Below are positions 1-9,727 of a stretch of DNA of 64,000 bases, piece by piece. Source of the stretch: Longimicrobiales bacterium (GTDB lineage Bacteria; Gemmatimonadota; Gemmatimonadetes; Longimicrobiales; Gaopeijiaceae); assembly GCA_965249725.1 (NCBI GenBank), contig OZ252251.1, positions 288,001 to 352,000 on the forward strand. The letters run 5' to 3'. Position 1 is the stretch's first letter. Every line of letters starts with the position of its first letter. The notes beneath the pieces are model-generated. The model had not been told where the DNA came from, ran no database searches, and saw only the letters and a program-made list of their open reading frames with translations. The position numbers and the translations under genes were made by a program.

Positions 1-912
1 GAAGAGACGATTCATGTGGGACGCATGGCCGAGGTGCCGGTGCAGGTCTCACACCTGAAGGCACAGGGTCACAGGAATTTTTGGAAGGCCGAGGCCGCTC
101 TGCGGGCGATCGAGGAGGCCCGGGCGGTCGGCGTCGATGTCCATTTCGATCGGTACCCCTATGTGGCCTACAGCACGGGCCTCTCCAGCCTGTTCCCCAC
201 TTGGGCCCGGGCCGGAGGGACCGCAGCCTTCTTGGGCCGCCTCCGTGATCCGGCCGAACTGCCGGCTATCGAGCGGTTCTCCCGAGCAAAGGTGGCCCTC
301 CTGGGTTCCTGGGACGCGGTGCAGGTCACCTCGACCCGTACGGAGGCGAATGCTTACGCCCGGGGACGGCGGCTGGGTGAGCTGGCGGAGGAGCGTTCGG
401 AGGAGCCGTTCGCCATAGCCGTTCGGCTCATCACCGAGGAGAGCAACAGCGTTGGCATGATCGGCTTCGGGATGTCGGAGGAGAATACCGCGAAGATCCT
501 TGCACACCCTCTCGGCATGGTCTGTTCGGACGGAGGAAACTACGCCCCGTATGGGCCGCTGTCGGGTAGCTCCCCCCATCCCAGGGCGTACGGGACGTTC
601 CCTCGCCTGATGGGCCACTATGTGAGAGAGATCGGAGCGCTCTCGCTCGAAACAGCCGTGCAGAAGGTCACGTCCATGCCGGCCACCAAGCTCGGGCTGG
701 AGGGACGAGGCGTCATCCGGACGGGCGCGTTCGCCGACCTCGTGGCGTTCGATCCGACAACGGTCGCGGATGGAGCCACGTTCGACGCTCCGCATCGGTA
801 TCCGATCGGTATTCCCCTCGTGGTCGTGAATGGACGGGTCACCATCAGGGATGGCGAACAGACCGGGGCCCGGGCGGGACGCGCGGTCCGTGGTGGGGGC
901 ACGGCCGGCTAG
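1..912 (+). CDS. N-acyl-D-amino-acid deacylase (D-aminoacylase, amidohydrolase superfamily), 5'-truncated by window edge
   Basis: Frame open from base 1. Motifs VQVSHLK, DRYPY, MVCSDG, HPRAYGTFPR, KVTSMPA and G-x-x-ADLVAFDP are typical of D-aminoacylases. Confidence 0.88.
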   Translation, partial: EETIHVGRMAEVPVQVSHLKAQGHRNFWKAEAALRAIEEARAVGVDVHFDRYPYVAYSTGLSSLFPTWARAGGTAAFLGRLRDPAELPAIERFSRAKVALLGSWDAVQVTSTRTEANAYARGRRLGELAEERSEEPFAIAVRLITEESNSVGMIGFGMSEENTAKILAHPLGMVCSDGGNYAPYGPLSGSSPHPRAYGTFPRLMGHYVREIGALSLETAVQKVTSMPATKLGLEGRGVIRTGAFADLVAFDPTTVADGATFDAPHRYPIGIPLVVVNGRVTIRDGEQTGARAGRAVRGGGTAG

Positions 913-915
913 GCC

Positions 916-2061
916 GTGGATGAGGTGGGCGACACCTTCCAGAGTCTGTCGGATGATCTGATCGCGGCCTTTCGGGTGGGTGTGGCGGAACCGTGGTCCG
1001 AAGAGCGGTTCAGCGAGTTTGCTCTCAGGGTCCTCGAGTACCAACTCGAAACCAACCCCACCTACTCGCGCTACTGCCGCAAACGGGGTGTCACCGCAAC
1101 CAGCCTCGGCAAATGGGAGGGTACGCCGCCGGTCCCGACCTCGGCGTTCAAGGTCGTTCCGCTGATCTCAGGAGATCCGTCTCGAGTTCAGCGCGTGTTT
1201 CGGACCAGCGGGACCTCACGCGGCACCCACGCTCGTGGGGAGCATCATGTGCTGGGTCTGGATCTCTACAAGGCTTCGCTGATCCCGAACCTCGAGGCTC
1301 ACGTGTACGGTGGACCGCATCAGGCGGCCGGCCGGCCGATGCGCCTGTTGGCGCTGGTACCGTCACCCGACGAAGCGCCCGACTCGTCGTTGAGCTTCAT
1401 GTTGGGGGAGACACTCGCCACGCTCTCCGATGGAGATGGCGCTTTCTTCGTGCGGCTCGACTCAGGGTTGGACGTGCCGGGACTTCGTGCAGCGATCGAC
1501 GAGGCGATCCTGGAGGACCAGCCCGTCTTGTTGGCGGGGACGGCGTTCGCCTTCGTTCACTGGCTCGACGCCTTGGCGGAGGCCGATGCGTGTCTTCAAC
1601 TGCCCTCCGGCTCCATGATCCTCGAGACCGGCGGCTTCAAGGGACGCTCTCGGGTCCTTTCTCGGCCGGAACTCTACGGAGCGCTTGCTCGAGCCCACGG
1701 CGTGCCGACCGACCGCATCGTGAACGAGTACGGCATGACGGAGCTGTTGTCGCAGTTCTATGAGCCCGTCTTATCCGCTCCCACTGGGTCCCTGGAGACC
1801 CGAGCGCATGTCGCTCCGCCTTGGATGCGCACCAGGGTGTTGGATCCGATCACGCTCGAGCCCCTCCCCAGCGGTGAATCGGGGCTTCTCTGCCACTATG
1901 ACCTGGCCAACGCCGGCTCGGTCATGGCGGTTCTGACGGAGGACATGGGGACCGTCGATGAGGAGGGGGGGCTCCGTGTCCTCGGGCGGGTGGAGGGCGC
2001 TGAGCCTAGGGGCTGCTCACTGGCCATGGACGAACTGCTCGAGGGAGAGAGGCCGGCGTGA
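916..2061 (+). CDS. luxE: LuxE-like acyl-protein synthetase (long-chain fatty acid ligase family)
   Basis: FRTSGTS P-loop-like motif, ETGGFKGR, VNEYGMTELLSQFY, TEDMG and C-terminal GRxxGAEPRGCS carrying the acyl-accepting Cys. Starts 3 bp after the deacylase stop. Confidence 0.85.
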   Translation: MDEVGDTFQSLSDDLIAAFRVGVAEPWSEERFSEFALRVLEYQLETNPTYSRYCRKRGVTATSLGKWEGTPPVPTSAFKVVPLISGDPSRVQRVFRTSGTSRGTHARGEHHVLGLDLYKASLIPNLEAHVYGGPHQAAGRPMRLLALVPSPDEAPDSSLSFMLGETLATLSDGDGAFFVRLDSGLDVPGLRAAIDEAILEDQPVLLAGTAFAFVHWLDALAEADACLQLPSGSMILETGGFKGRSRVLSRPELYGALARAHGVPTDRIVNEYGMTELLSQFYEPVLSAPTGSLETRAHVAPPWMRTRVLDPITLEPLPSGESGLLCHYDLANAGSVMAVLTEDMGTVDEEGGLRVLGRVEGAEPRGCSLAMDELLEGERPA

Positions 2062-3458
2062 AGTCTCTGGATGCTGTAGCCCTGCCGGAGGGATTCGTCT
2101 TCGAAGCAGTATGGGAGAGCTTCGACGTAGCACCTGGAGTCGAGGTCCGTTATCCGACGCTCGCACCCGGCGACTGGGACCGGCTGCTGGATGCGCTGCG
2201 TGCCGCTTCGGAATCGCTGGCCGAACGGCCTGTCAGCGACGTGGTAGGGAGTGTCGGGAGAACCGCCGAGCGGTTCCTCGATCCGGCAGACCCGATGCGG
2301 CGTGCTGCTCTGGAGTGGCTCGTCCCCACTGCGGGCATCTCGGCGGAGATGGCTGATGTGGTGCTCACCGGCATGGCTCGGGACTGGACCGGGGAACGTC
2401 TGTCCGAGCTGCTGAAGCGCGAATTGGGGGTACCCGAAGTTCTCGATGGCTTCCAGCGGCTCGACTCGGGCCGCATCGTCCGTGCTGCCGGGCCTGTGCT
2501 GAGCCTTCATGTGGGTGCAGGCACTGTCCCGGGCGTGAGCGTCTCCTCCCTGATCCGAGCCCTCCTGGTCAAGTCGGCGGTCCTCCTGAAGCCGGGCAAG
2601 GGAGATGTCGCACTGCCTGTTCTCTTCGCGCGCGCGCTGGCGGAAGAGGATCCCCGCCTGGCCGCCGGACTGGCGGTGGCGTACTGGCCGGGCGGAGCCA
2701 GTCCGGCCGAGACTCTCGCGCTCGCGAGTGCCGAGGTGGTTGTGGCCTATGGCAGCAGCGAGTCGGTCACGGCCCTGCGAGATCGCACACCGGTCACGGC
2801 GCGCTTCGTCCCGTATCACCACCGCGTGAGTCTGGGCATGGTCGGCCGCGAGGCGCTGGCCGCCGATCTGGCATCCCAGACCGCCGCCGCTGCGGCCGCG
2901 GCCGTCTCGATGTTCGACCAGAGGGGGTGCGTGTCCCCGCATGTGCTCTACGCGGAGCGCGGAGGAGTCGTGAGCCCAGAGGCTTGGGCGGCCGTGCTCG
3001 CAGAGGCGATGGCCGACATCGAGGCAGGGCTACCCGCGGGGCATCTGACGCCGGACGAGGCCTCGGCGCTCCACCAACTGCGTGGAGCAGCGGAGTTCGA
3101 GGAGGCCTCGGGTAGCGGTTCGCGGGTGTACCGTGGAGACACGGGATCCTGGACCGTGATCTACCAGGAGAGCCCTGCGTTCACCCTGTCTTGTCAGAAT
3201 CGGGTAGTGTACGTCAAGCCGGTGTCACACTTGGAGGAGGTGCCTGAACTGCTCCGCGATCTGAGACGCGTACTGCAAACTGTAGCGCTCACGGGGTCCG
3301 GGGACCGGCGAGGCCACCTGGCGACCGCCCTCGGCCGAGCCGGTGTGACCAGGGTCACCTCATTCGAGGCTGCACCATGGCCCCCTCCGTGGTGGCATCA
3401 CGACGGTTCGTCCGTATTCGACGGACTGATCCGTTGGATCGACTTGGAGGAAGGGTGA
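2058..3458 (+). CDS. luxC: LuxC-like acyl-CoA/acyl-protein reductase (ALDH fold)
   Basis: HVGAGTVP, RALLVKSAVLLKP, VVAYG, FDQRGCVSPH (catalytic Cys) and WHHDG. GTGA overlap with luxE. Confidence 0.85.
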   Translation: MKSLDAVALPEGFVFEAVWESFDVAPGVEVRYPTLAPGDWDRLLDALRAASESLAERPVSDVVGSVGRTAERFLDPADPMRRAALEWLVPTAGISAEMADVVLTGMARDWTGERLSELLKRELGVPEVLDGFQRLDSGRIVRAAGPVLSLHVGAGTVPGVSVSSLIRALLVKSAVLLKPGKGDVALPVLFARALAEEDPRLAAGLAVAYWPGGASPAETLALASAEVVVAYGSSESVTALRDRTPVTARFVPYHHRVSLGMVGREALAADLASQTAAAAAAAVSMFDQRGCVSPHVLYAERGGVVSPEAWAAVLAEAMADIEAGLPAGHLTPDEASALHQLRGAAEFEEASGSGSRVYRGDTGSWTVIYQESPAFTLSCQNRVVYVKPVSHLEEVPELLRDLRRVLQTVALTGSGDRRGHLATALGRAGVTRVTSFEAAPWPPPWWHHDGSSVFDGLIRWIDLEEG

Positions 3459-3550
3459 TCTCGAGAAGACGAGATCGTCGTTGTGGAGAGGTCGGCCTGC
3501 TCGACGCACAGCGGGCCAACGGAGTACAAAATGGAAAAGAGGAGCGGCGG

Positions 3551-3742
3551 CTACTCTTCGGGCTGCTCCTCCGCGCGCCAGATCACCATCTGCCGACGTC
3601 CGTCCGAAGTCTCCTCCACACGAACGGTCAGGGCGTCCCCCGCGGCAAGTCTCAGGGTGTCCCGCAGGTCCTGAGGGATCGTGACCCGTCCTCCGACTCC
3701 GATGGTCACGTCCGCGTAGAAGAGCGTACGATAGATGGCCAT
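3551..3742 (-). CDS. AbrB/MazE/SpoVT-family DNA-binding protein
   Basis: GRVTIPQDLRDTLRLAAGDAL swapped-hairpin signature. GGAGG RBS upstream on the minus strand. Confidence 0.8.
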   Translation of the reverse strand: MAIYRTLFYADVTIGVGGRVTIPQDLRDTLRLAAGDALTVRVEETSDGRRQMVIWRAEEQPEE

Positions 3743-3857
3743 CCGGCCTCCTCTTGGTTAGTCAATAGCAGGCGAAATGTATAGAGTTTGGGGGTGGCGG
3801 CAACCGGCGCTTCCCAATTGACCGGCGGGAGTTGAAGATGCGTGGTCGCCCGCCCGT

Positions 3858-4895
3858 ATGGGGAGAGGACGCGCCACCGCAGCAGCAGTTCGTCAAACGA
3901 GCACATCGTCTACGGGAGGATTCCTGAACACCACGAACGGATCAGGTCCAGCCGTCGCGCTGGAGGGCGTCACGAAGCGTTTCGGTAGCCATACCGCGGT
4001 CTCTGAGCTCAGCCTGGAGATCCCGCGAGGCACCATCTACGGCCTTCTCGGACCCAACGGATCCGGGAAGACGACCACCATTCGGATGATGATGGGCATC
4101 CTACTTCCGGACGAGGGTGGTGTGACCCTGCTGGGGGGCGCGTCTGACGGGCCGATGCGTCAGCGCGTGGGTTACCTACCCGAGGAGCGTGGGGTCTACA
4201 AGAAGATGAAGGTGATCGAGCAGCTCGAATTCCTCGGTGAGATTCGCGGGATGGCTCGCCGGACGGCGAGGGAGCGTGCCAACGCCTGGCTGGAGCGGTT
4301 GGGCCTGGATGGGTGGGCGGACAAGAAGATCGAGGACCTGTCGAAAGGCATGCAACAGAAGGTCCAATTCATCGGAACGGTGCTTCACGAGCCCGACCTC
4401 TTGATCCTCGACGAGCCGTTCAGTGGCCTCGACCCGATCAACCAGGATGTCCTCGAGGACATCGTGCGGGAGTTTCACGAGATGGGAACCACGATCCTGT
4501 TCTCCACCCACCTGATGGGGCAGGCCGAGAGGCTCTGTGAGCGTGTGTGCCTCATCTCGAAGGCGGAGAAGGTCCTCGACGGGGAGCTGAAGGAGTTGAA
4601 GCGAAGAGAACGAAGCGGGGCCATCGCAGTGGACTTCGAGGGGAAGGACGGGTGGCTGCGGGGGCCCGAGGTGGACACGGTCGAGGCCACGGATACCGGG
4701 GTCCGCCTCCTACTCCTCGACGGGGGCGACGCTCAGGCCGTTCTACGCCGGGGTATCGACGAGGGAGTAACGATCAATCGGTTCGAACTGGTCGAGCCCA
4801 GCCTGCACGAGATCTTCGTTCGGCATGCAGGCGCGGACGCCGCGGGTGATGCCGGTGTGCCCGCCGACTTTCAGCGGAGCGGAGGCGCCGCGTGA
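3858..4895 (+). CDS. ABC-2 type exporter ATP-binding subunit (NatA/YhaQ-like)
   Basis: Walker A GPNGSGKT, GYLPEERG, LSKGMQQK, ILDEP and C-terminal PSLHEIF. Start uncertain: an in-frame CTG at 3924 follows GGAGGA. Confidence 0.9.
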   Translation: MGRGRATAAAVRQTSTSSTGGFLNTTNGSGPAVALEGVTKRFGSHTAVSELSLEIPRGTIYGLLGPNGSGKTTTIRMMMGILLPDEGGVTLLGGASDGPMRQRVGYLPEERGVYKKMKVIEQLEFLGEIRGMARRTARERANAWLERLGLDGWADKKIEDLSKGMQQKVQFIGTVLHEPDLLILDEPFSGLDPINQDVLEDIVREFHEMGTTILFSTHLMGQAERLCERVCLISKAEKVLDGELKELKRRERSGAIAVDFEGKDGWLRGPEVDTVEATDTGVRLLLLDGGDAQAVLRRGIDEGVTINRFELVEPSLHEIFVRHAGADAAGDAGVPADFQRSGGAA

Positions 4896-6148
4896 GAGCG
4901 CTCATTGCCGTCGTGCGACGCGAGTACCTCCAGCGGGTCCGGAACAAGTGGTTCATCCTTGGCACCATAGGCCTTCCCGTCTTCATGATTGCCGTCATGG
5001 CTATTCCGATCGTCATGGAGGCCCGGAGCGAGGCCCAGGAACGAGTCATCGTCATCGTGGACCAGACGGACGTCCTGTACGACGACGTGGCAGCCGACCT
5101 CGGCAACTCCTTCGAGGTGGAGCGCGTTCCGTACACCAACGACGTCATCCAGTCCCTGGACCAGCGAATCGAAGCGGGAGAGATCGCCGGATTCCTGCTG
5201 TTGGGTGACGAGACTTTGTCCGCGGGTAGGGCCGTGTTTCGGGGAGCCGGCACTCCGGGTACGGTTCGCCGGATGAGGCTCCAGCGGGCGGTGACACAAT
5301 CCGTGCTCCGGGTCCGACTCGGAGGGGCCGTGGCCGAGGCCGAAGGACTCGACGAACTTCTGTCCGGAGGGTCGATCGACTACGTCTCCCTGCGGGAGAG
5401 CGACCTGGAGGACGGCGAGAGGGAGGCGGGCATGGTCGCGGGGTTCATGGGCGCCATGATGCTCTACATGGTGATCCTGCTCTATGGTGTACAGGTCATG
5501 AGGGCTGTCCTCGAGGAGAAGACGACCCGCATCGTCGAGATCATCATCTCGACCGTGAAGCCATGGCAACTCATGCTCGGGAAGATCTTGGGAGTCGGGG
5601 CGGTGGGGCTGACTCAGTTGGCCATATGGGCTCTGAGCATGGTGCTGCTCCTGACCTTCGGGCTCCCCTATGTGGTGGCGGCTCGCCCCGAACTCCTCGA
5701 GATCAAGACCTTGGTCGAGTTGCTCCCGGTGGGGGGAGGCATTGCGCTCTTCATCGCCTTCTTCGTCATGGGCTTCTTCCTCTACTCGAGCCTCTACGCC
5801 GCTGTGGCGGCCCTGTGCTCGAGCGATGAGGAGGCACAGCAATCACAGATACCGGTGATGATACTCCTGATCATCCCGATCATGTTCCTGGCACCCGTCA
5901 TGGAAGACCCCAACGGAGCCCTCGCCACCTGGCTGTCCTTGGTGCCGTTCTTTGCGCCGGTCCTCATGTTCCCCCGATTCATCGGGGGTGCGCCTCTGTG
6001 GCAGGTAGGACTATCCTTGGTGCTGGTGGCCGTGACCGTAGTGGCGGTCGCCTGGGTTGCCGGGCGGATCTACCGGGTGGGCATTCTGATGCAGGGGAAG
6101 CGGCCGACTCTGCCCGAACTCATGCGCTGGGTCCGTCAGTCGTCCTGA
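4892..6148 (+). CDS. ABC-2 type exporter permease (NatB/YhaP-like)
   Basis: RREYLQRVRNKWF, EEKTTRIVEIIIS, LMLGKILG and RIYRVGILMQG with multiple TM segments. GTGA overlap with the ATPase gene. Confidence 0.9.
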   Translation: MRALIAVVRREYLQRVRNKWFILGTIGLPVFMIAVMAIPIVMEARSEAQERVIVIVDQTDVLYDDVAADLGNSFEVERVPYTNDVIQSLDQRIEAGEIAGFLLLGDETLSAGRAVFRGAGTPGTVRRMRLQRAVTQSVLRVRLGGAVAEAEGLDELLSGGSIDYVSLRESDLEDGEREAGMVAGFMGAMMLYMVILLYGVQVMRAVLEEKTTRIVEIIISTVKPWQLMLGKILGVGAVGLTQLAIWALSMVLLLTFGLPYVVAARPELLEIKTLVELLPVGGGIALFIAFFVMGFFLYSSLYAAVAALCSSDEEAQQSQIPVMILLIIPIMFLAPVMEDPNGALATWLSLVPFFAPVLMFPRFIGGAPLWQVGLSLVLVAVTVVAVAWVAGRIYRVGILMQGKRPTLPELMRWVRQSS

Positions 6149-6181
6149 CAACAGTGGGTTTCCCGCTTGCACAACCGCGGG

Positions 6182-6487
6182 TCACTCCTCTTCGGGGAGC
6201 ACCGAACGCAAGAGACCTTGGAGCTGGTGCTCCTCGAACGCTCGGGCCTTCCGTACGGCTTCCTCGTACACGTCCTCGATGATGAGTGTCGTCGTACGTA
6301 GTGCCGCTTCTTCACCCTCGGTGTCGGCTGGCGAGAAGCAGAGAAGGCCTCGGTAGCTCGAGGGCCGCCGCGGGTCATCACTGAACTCCAGGTAGACCTC
6401 CCAAAACCGACCGTCATGGCTGATGGTAGCCAAGTGCTGTCCAGTGCTGGGGGGCGGCGGCCTTGGGGGGTCGGTCGGGGTCGTCAT
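6182..6487 (-). CDS. hypothetical protein (101 aa)
   Basis: GC-biased codon usage and globular-looking sequence. Lies directly downstream of the transglutaminase gene on the same strand. Confidence 0.65.
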   Translation of the reverse strand: MTTPTDPPRPPPPSTGQHLATISHDGRFWEVYLEFSDDPRRPSSYRGLLCFSPADTEGEEAALRTTTLIIEDVYEEAVRKARAFEEHQLQGLLRSVLPEEE

Positions 6488-6520
6488 GACACGAAAATTA
6501 GCATCGCCTCAGGCGGACCG

Positions 6521-8566
6521 CTACGAGAGAGTGGCCGGGGGGCCCAGCGGCGACTCGCTCCGGAGTGCACGCCGCACCGCGGCCAAGGCGGCCTTCATCT
6601 CCTCCTGGTCGGACTCGTCGAGCGGCTGGCCACCGAATCGAGAACGGAGGTAGGTGGCGACGAGACTCTGGGCAGGCCGATGCGCGGGGTGCCCGAGGCG
6701 AGCGAGTTCGTCGACCAGGCCGAGAGGGGCGATCCCCTCGCTGAGAACCAATCCGGCTCGGCGGCAGCTCTCACGCAACCTCAGATAGAGTCTCGTCTCC
6801 GGCCCCCCAGAAGGACCGCGGGCGGCCCAGCGGAGGCTGAGGGCGAGCGCCAGGATCATAAGGGCACCCCAGAACATGGCCGCAGGGTCTCTCGAGGTGC
6901 TGGCGTCGGCGTTCTGGTTGGTCAGTTCGTCACGGCCGAACATCTCCGAGGCGCGTTGGATGAGGCTCGACTGGGAATCCTGGTCGTAGTCCAGGATCCA
7001 CTTGTTCCAGCGGTGTTGGAGTCCGTCGAGGAGGAACCGACCGGGCCAGAGCCAGGAGGTGAGAGCCTCCGACGTCCCGGCACCGGCGGGTGTCGGATCG
7101 AAAGGCACCCACCCGTAGCCGGGAAACCAGACCTCAACCCAGGAGTGCGCTTCGTTCTGGGTCACGGCCAGGTACTGCCCGAACTCGTTCCACTGGCCAC
7201 CGAGAAAGCCGTTTACCTCTCTGGCGTGGATTCCCATCGTGCGCAGTAGCACGACCATCGCCGTCGAAAAGTATTCGCAGTGACCGGCCATTCGATCGAA
7301 CAGGAAGTACTCGAGCGTGGCTTCCCTCGCCGAACGGGGCAGATCGAGTGTGTACTCGAATTCGTTGTGGAAGAACTCCTCGATGGCGACGGCGCGATCG
7401 TAGTTGTTGTCTAGGCCCTGAGTCAGCGAGCGAGCGAGGTCGCGGGTCCGCTGGGATAGACGAGGGAGTTGGGTGAAGTGGTTGCGGGCCGGGGCAAACC
7501 CCGATCGTGCGGCGCGAAGGGCCTCGGGCTGCGGTCGGCCGGCGACGGAAACGGCCTCGTACGAGGGATTCCCGGATCCCCAGTACACATGATCCCCCGC
7601 GTTGTCGAAGAGCGGCTGAATGCGAGGGTTGTCGGAGCGCACGCCCAGCATGGGATGGAGCGCGAACAAGACGCGCACATCGAGTGCCGCGGAGTAGATC
7701 TTCTGGCGAACCCTGTCGGGATTCCAGGCCTCGTACCAACGCTCCATGCCCAAGGACGGCGGCAGGGACGGAGATCGGCTCCAGCGGACTCCGTCGAAGC
7801 GATCATAGGAGCGACCCCTCCAGTGGAGGCCTCCCATGTTGGCTGGTCGCCCGTCGGGGAACTCCACCCGCAAGACGATCTCGGGATTCGGGAAGATCCT
7901 CGAGCCGTGGTTTCCGATGGAGACCTGGTCGGCGAACCCCGCGATCGACGTGGCCAGGACCTCGCCACGAGACGCCCATCCCCGTGAGAACCGGGGGAAG
8001 GCGACGAAGACGATCCCGCTCATCATGAGCGTGACACCCGACAGGCCCGCCATCCCCATCAGGAACTTCCGCTCCAGCACGATCTCACGGCCGCCTCGCG
8101 CCGGGACTCGCCGGTGCAGGTGTCCTACCATCAACGCGACGGTGGCGAGAGCGACGTACGCGACGAAGGCCACGGCGAAGAGGACGCCGGGGCGGTACGC
8201 GGTCGACGCCAGGAGCAGTGCGAAGGTCAGCGCATAGAGCCGCGCGTCGTTCGGGGCGTCGAGAGACCTCAAGGCTTCGGCACTGAGAAGAAGCAGGAGA
8301 AGGTCCACGACGGGAATCACGACATCGTCGCCCACTAGGAAGACGTGATAGAGAGATCGAATCACGAGAATCGCCGCTAGAGGCAGCCAGAACTGCTCGA
8401 GGCGAAGAGAGAGGTCGTGGTCGGGCTGCCAGACGAACGCGAGCACGAGGGCGATGGCGGCGAGGATCGCGCTGATGGGTTCGAAGCCTGCACCCCCTGC
8501 GAAGGCCACGAGGGCCACGAGTCCCATTCCGACCACTAGTCGGCGATGAAGCAGCTCGAGCCTCAT
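6521..8566 (-). CDS. TgpA-like membrane transglutaminase-domain protein (DUF3488 + TG core + C-terminal DUF4129-like)
   Basis: N-terminal TM helices, HWRGRSYDRFDG, and triad motifs GHCEYF, AHSWVE and WVPFDPTP. Confidence 0.9.
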   Translation of the reverse strand: MRLELLHRRLVVGMGLVALVAFAGGAGFEPISAILAAIALVLAFVWQPDHDLSLRLEQFWLPLAAILVIRSLYHVFLVGDDVVIPVVDLLLLLLSAEALRSLDAPNDARLYALTFALLLASTAYRPGVLFAVAFVAYVALATVALMVGHLHRRVPARGGREIVLERKFLMGMAGLSGVTLMMSGIVFVAFPRFSRGWASRGEVLATSIAGFADQVSIGNHGSRIFPNPEIVLRVEFPDGRPANMGGLHWRGRSYDRFDGVRWSRSPSLPPSLGMERWYEAWNPDRVRQKIYSAALDVRVLFALHPMLGVRSDNPRIQPLFDNAGDHVYWGSGNPSYEAVSVAGRPQPEALRAARSGFAPARNHFTQLPRLSQRTRDLARSLTQGLDNNYDRAVAIEEFFHNEFEYTLDLPRSAREATLEYFLFDRMAGHCEYFSTAMVVLLRTMGIHAREVNGFLGGQWNEFGQYLAVTQNEAHSWVEVWFPGYGWVPFDPTPAGAGTSEALTSWLWPGRFLLDGLQHRWNKWILDYDQDSQSSLIQRASEMFGRDELTNQNADASTSRDPAAMFWGALMILALALSLRWAARGPSGGPETRLYLRLRESCRRAGLVLSEGIAPLGLVDELARLGHPAHRPAQSLVATYLRSRFGGQPLDESDQEEMKAALAAVRRALRSESPLGPPATLS

Positions 8567-9696
8567 CCGGCGTGCCTTTCGCTGGCCGCCGAGTCGGCCT
8601 CGTGTTCCGAGGGGTCGTCCGACCAGTGCCCGGGAGGTACGTAGGCCCCGTACGAAGACCGCCCCGCTCCGGAGATGGATACGAGCACGCAGGTGGATGG
8701 ATCGGAGGGCGGCGAGAGTCGGGGGCCCGAACGTTCGAAATCCACTCTCGCGAGCACGTCCAGTACCCGTTCGAGTTGCCCTGATCCGGTGCCGGCACCC
8801 ACATGACCCGTCGGGGTGGCCAGGGCGAATCGCCTCCCCTCCTGGAAAGCGCGGGCCGCCAACGATGCGGCGGTCTCGACCGCGTTCTCCGCACGGTCTC
8901 CGGGCTCATCACGCGTGTCGAGGCAGATCCAGATCGTCTCGGCCGAATCCTGGTCGTACTCGCGCACGACCGGCTCGCCGGTCCGGGCCGTGGATCGCCA
9001 GTGGATGTCACGCGGATCATCTCCCACTCGGTACTCGCGGAGGCCGCGGAACTCACCTCGCGCTCCGACCGTCACGCCTGATACGTCCGAGTAGCGAGGG
9101 CGGCTCGTCCCCCCGGGAGGGGCGGGCATCGAGACCGGACGGTCGGCCCTCGGCCAGATCACGAGCTCGCCGGGAAGCGTCAGATCACGCTCTTTGGTAA
9201 AGAGGCCGAACGGAAACGCGGTCGAGAGTGTGAGCGCCTCCAGCCGGTAGACCCCCCTCTTGATGAAGTGGTTCTCCGACCGCACGGTCACCGATTCGCG
9301 CGGGTCGAGCCGACCGATGCAGGCGATCCCGGGCAGACCTTCTTCGATGAGGTGTACGGCGAGCGTTGGGAATCGAGGCTTCCGATTCGTTACGTGGTAG
9401 GTGATACGGAACGTCCTCCCGACCGTGACGCCCTGTGGCGTCCGCCGAGTCACCGTGAGACCGCGGAGGACCTGTTCCGAGAGCCAGCCCGACAGCGCGA
9501 TGAACCCGAGCATCGCGCCGAGCAAGAGGTAGAGCAGGTTGTTGCCGGTGTTGACCGCAGCGAAACCGATCGCGAAGGCCCCGGCTGTGAAAACGGCTCC
9601 ACCGGTGGTGAAGCGGATGCGGCGCCACGCGCGCAGGCGTCGCCAGGTGTCGCGTAAGAACGTGGGAACGGAGGCCACAGATTCGAGGAAGTTCAT
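8563..9696 (-). CDS. DUF58 domain protein
   Basis: [15 protein letters not shown] and [28 protein letters not shown] overlap with the transglutaminase gene. Confidence 0.92.
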   Translation of the reverse strand: MNFLESVASVPTFLRDTWRRLRAWRRIRFTTGGAVFTAGAFAIGFAAVNTGNNLLYLLLGAMLGFIALSGWLSEQVLRGLTVTRRTPQGVTVGRTFRITYHVTNRKPRFPTLAVHLIEEGLPGIACIGRLDPRESVTVRSENHFIKRGVYRLEALTLSTAFPFGLFTKERDLTLPGELVIWPRADRPVSMPAPPGGTSRPRYSDVSGVTVGARGEFRGLREYRVGDDPRDIHWRSTARTGEPVVREYDQDSAETIWICLDTRDEPGDRAENAVETAASLAARAFQEGRRFALATPTGHVGAGTGSGQLERVLDVLARVDFERSGPRLSPPSDPSTCVLVSISGAGRSSYGAYVPPGHWSDDPSEHEADSAASERHAG

Positions 9697-9727
9697 CCAT
9701 CGGTCTCCACGTCGGCGCTCGGCCAGG

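Noticed and set aside
916..3458. Bioluminescence operon
   Set aside because: No luciferase (luxA/luxB), luxD or luxG in the window. luxC and luxE alone cannot produce light.
3551..3742. Toxin-antitoxin pair
   Set aside because: No toxin ORF downstream. The overlapping plus-strand ORFs have no recognisable motifs.
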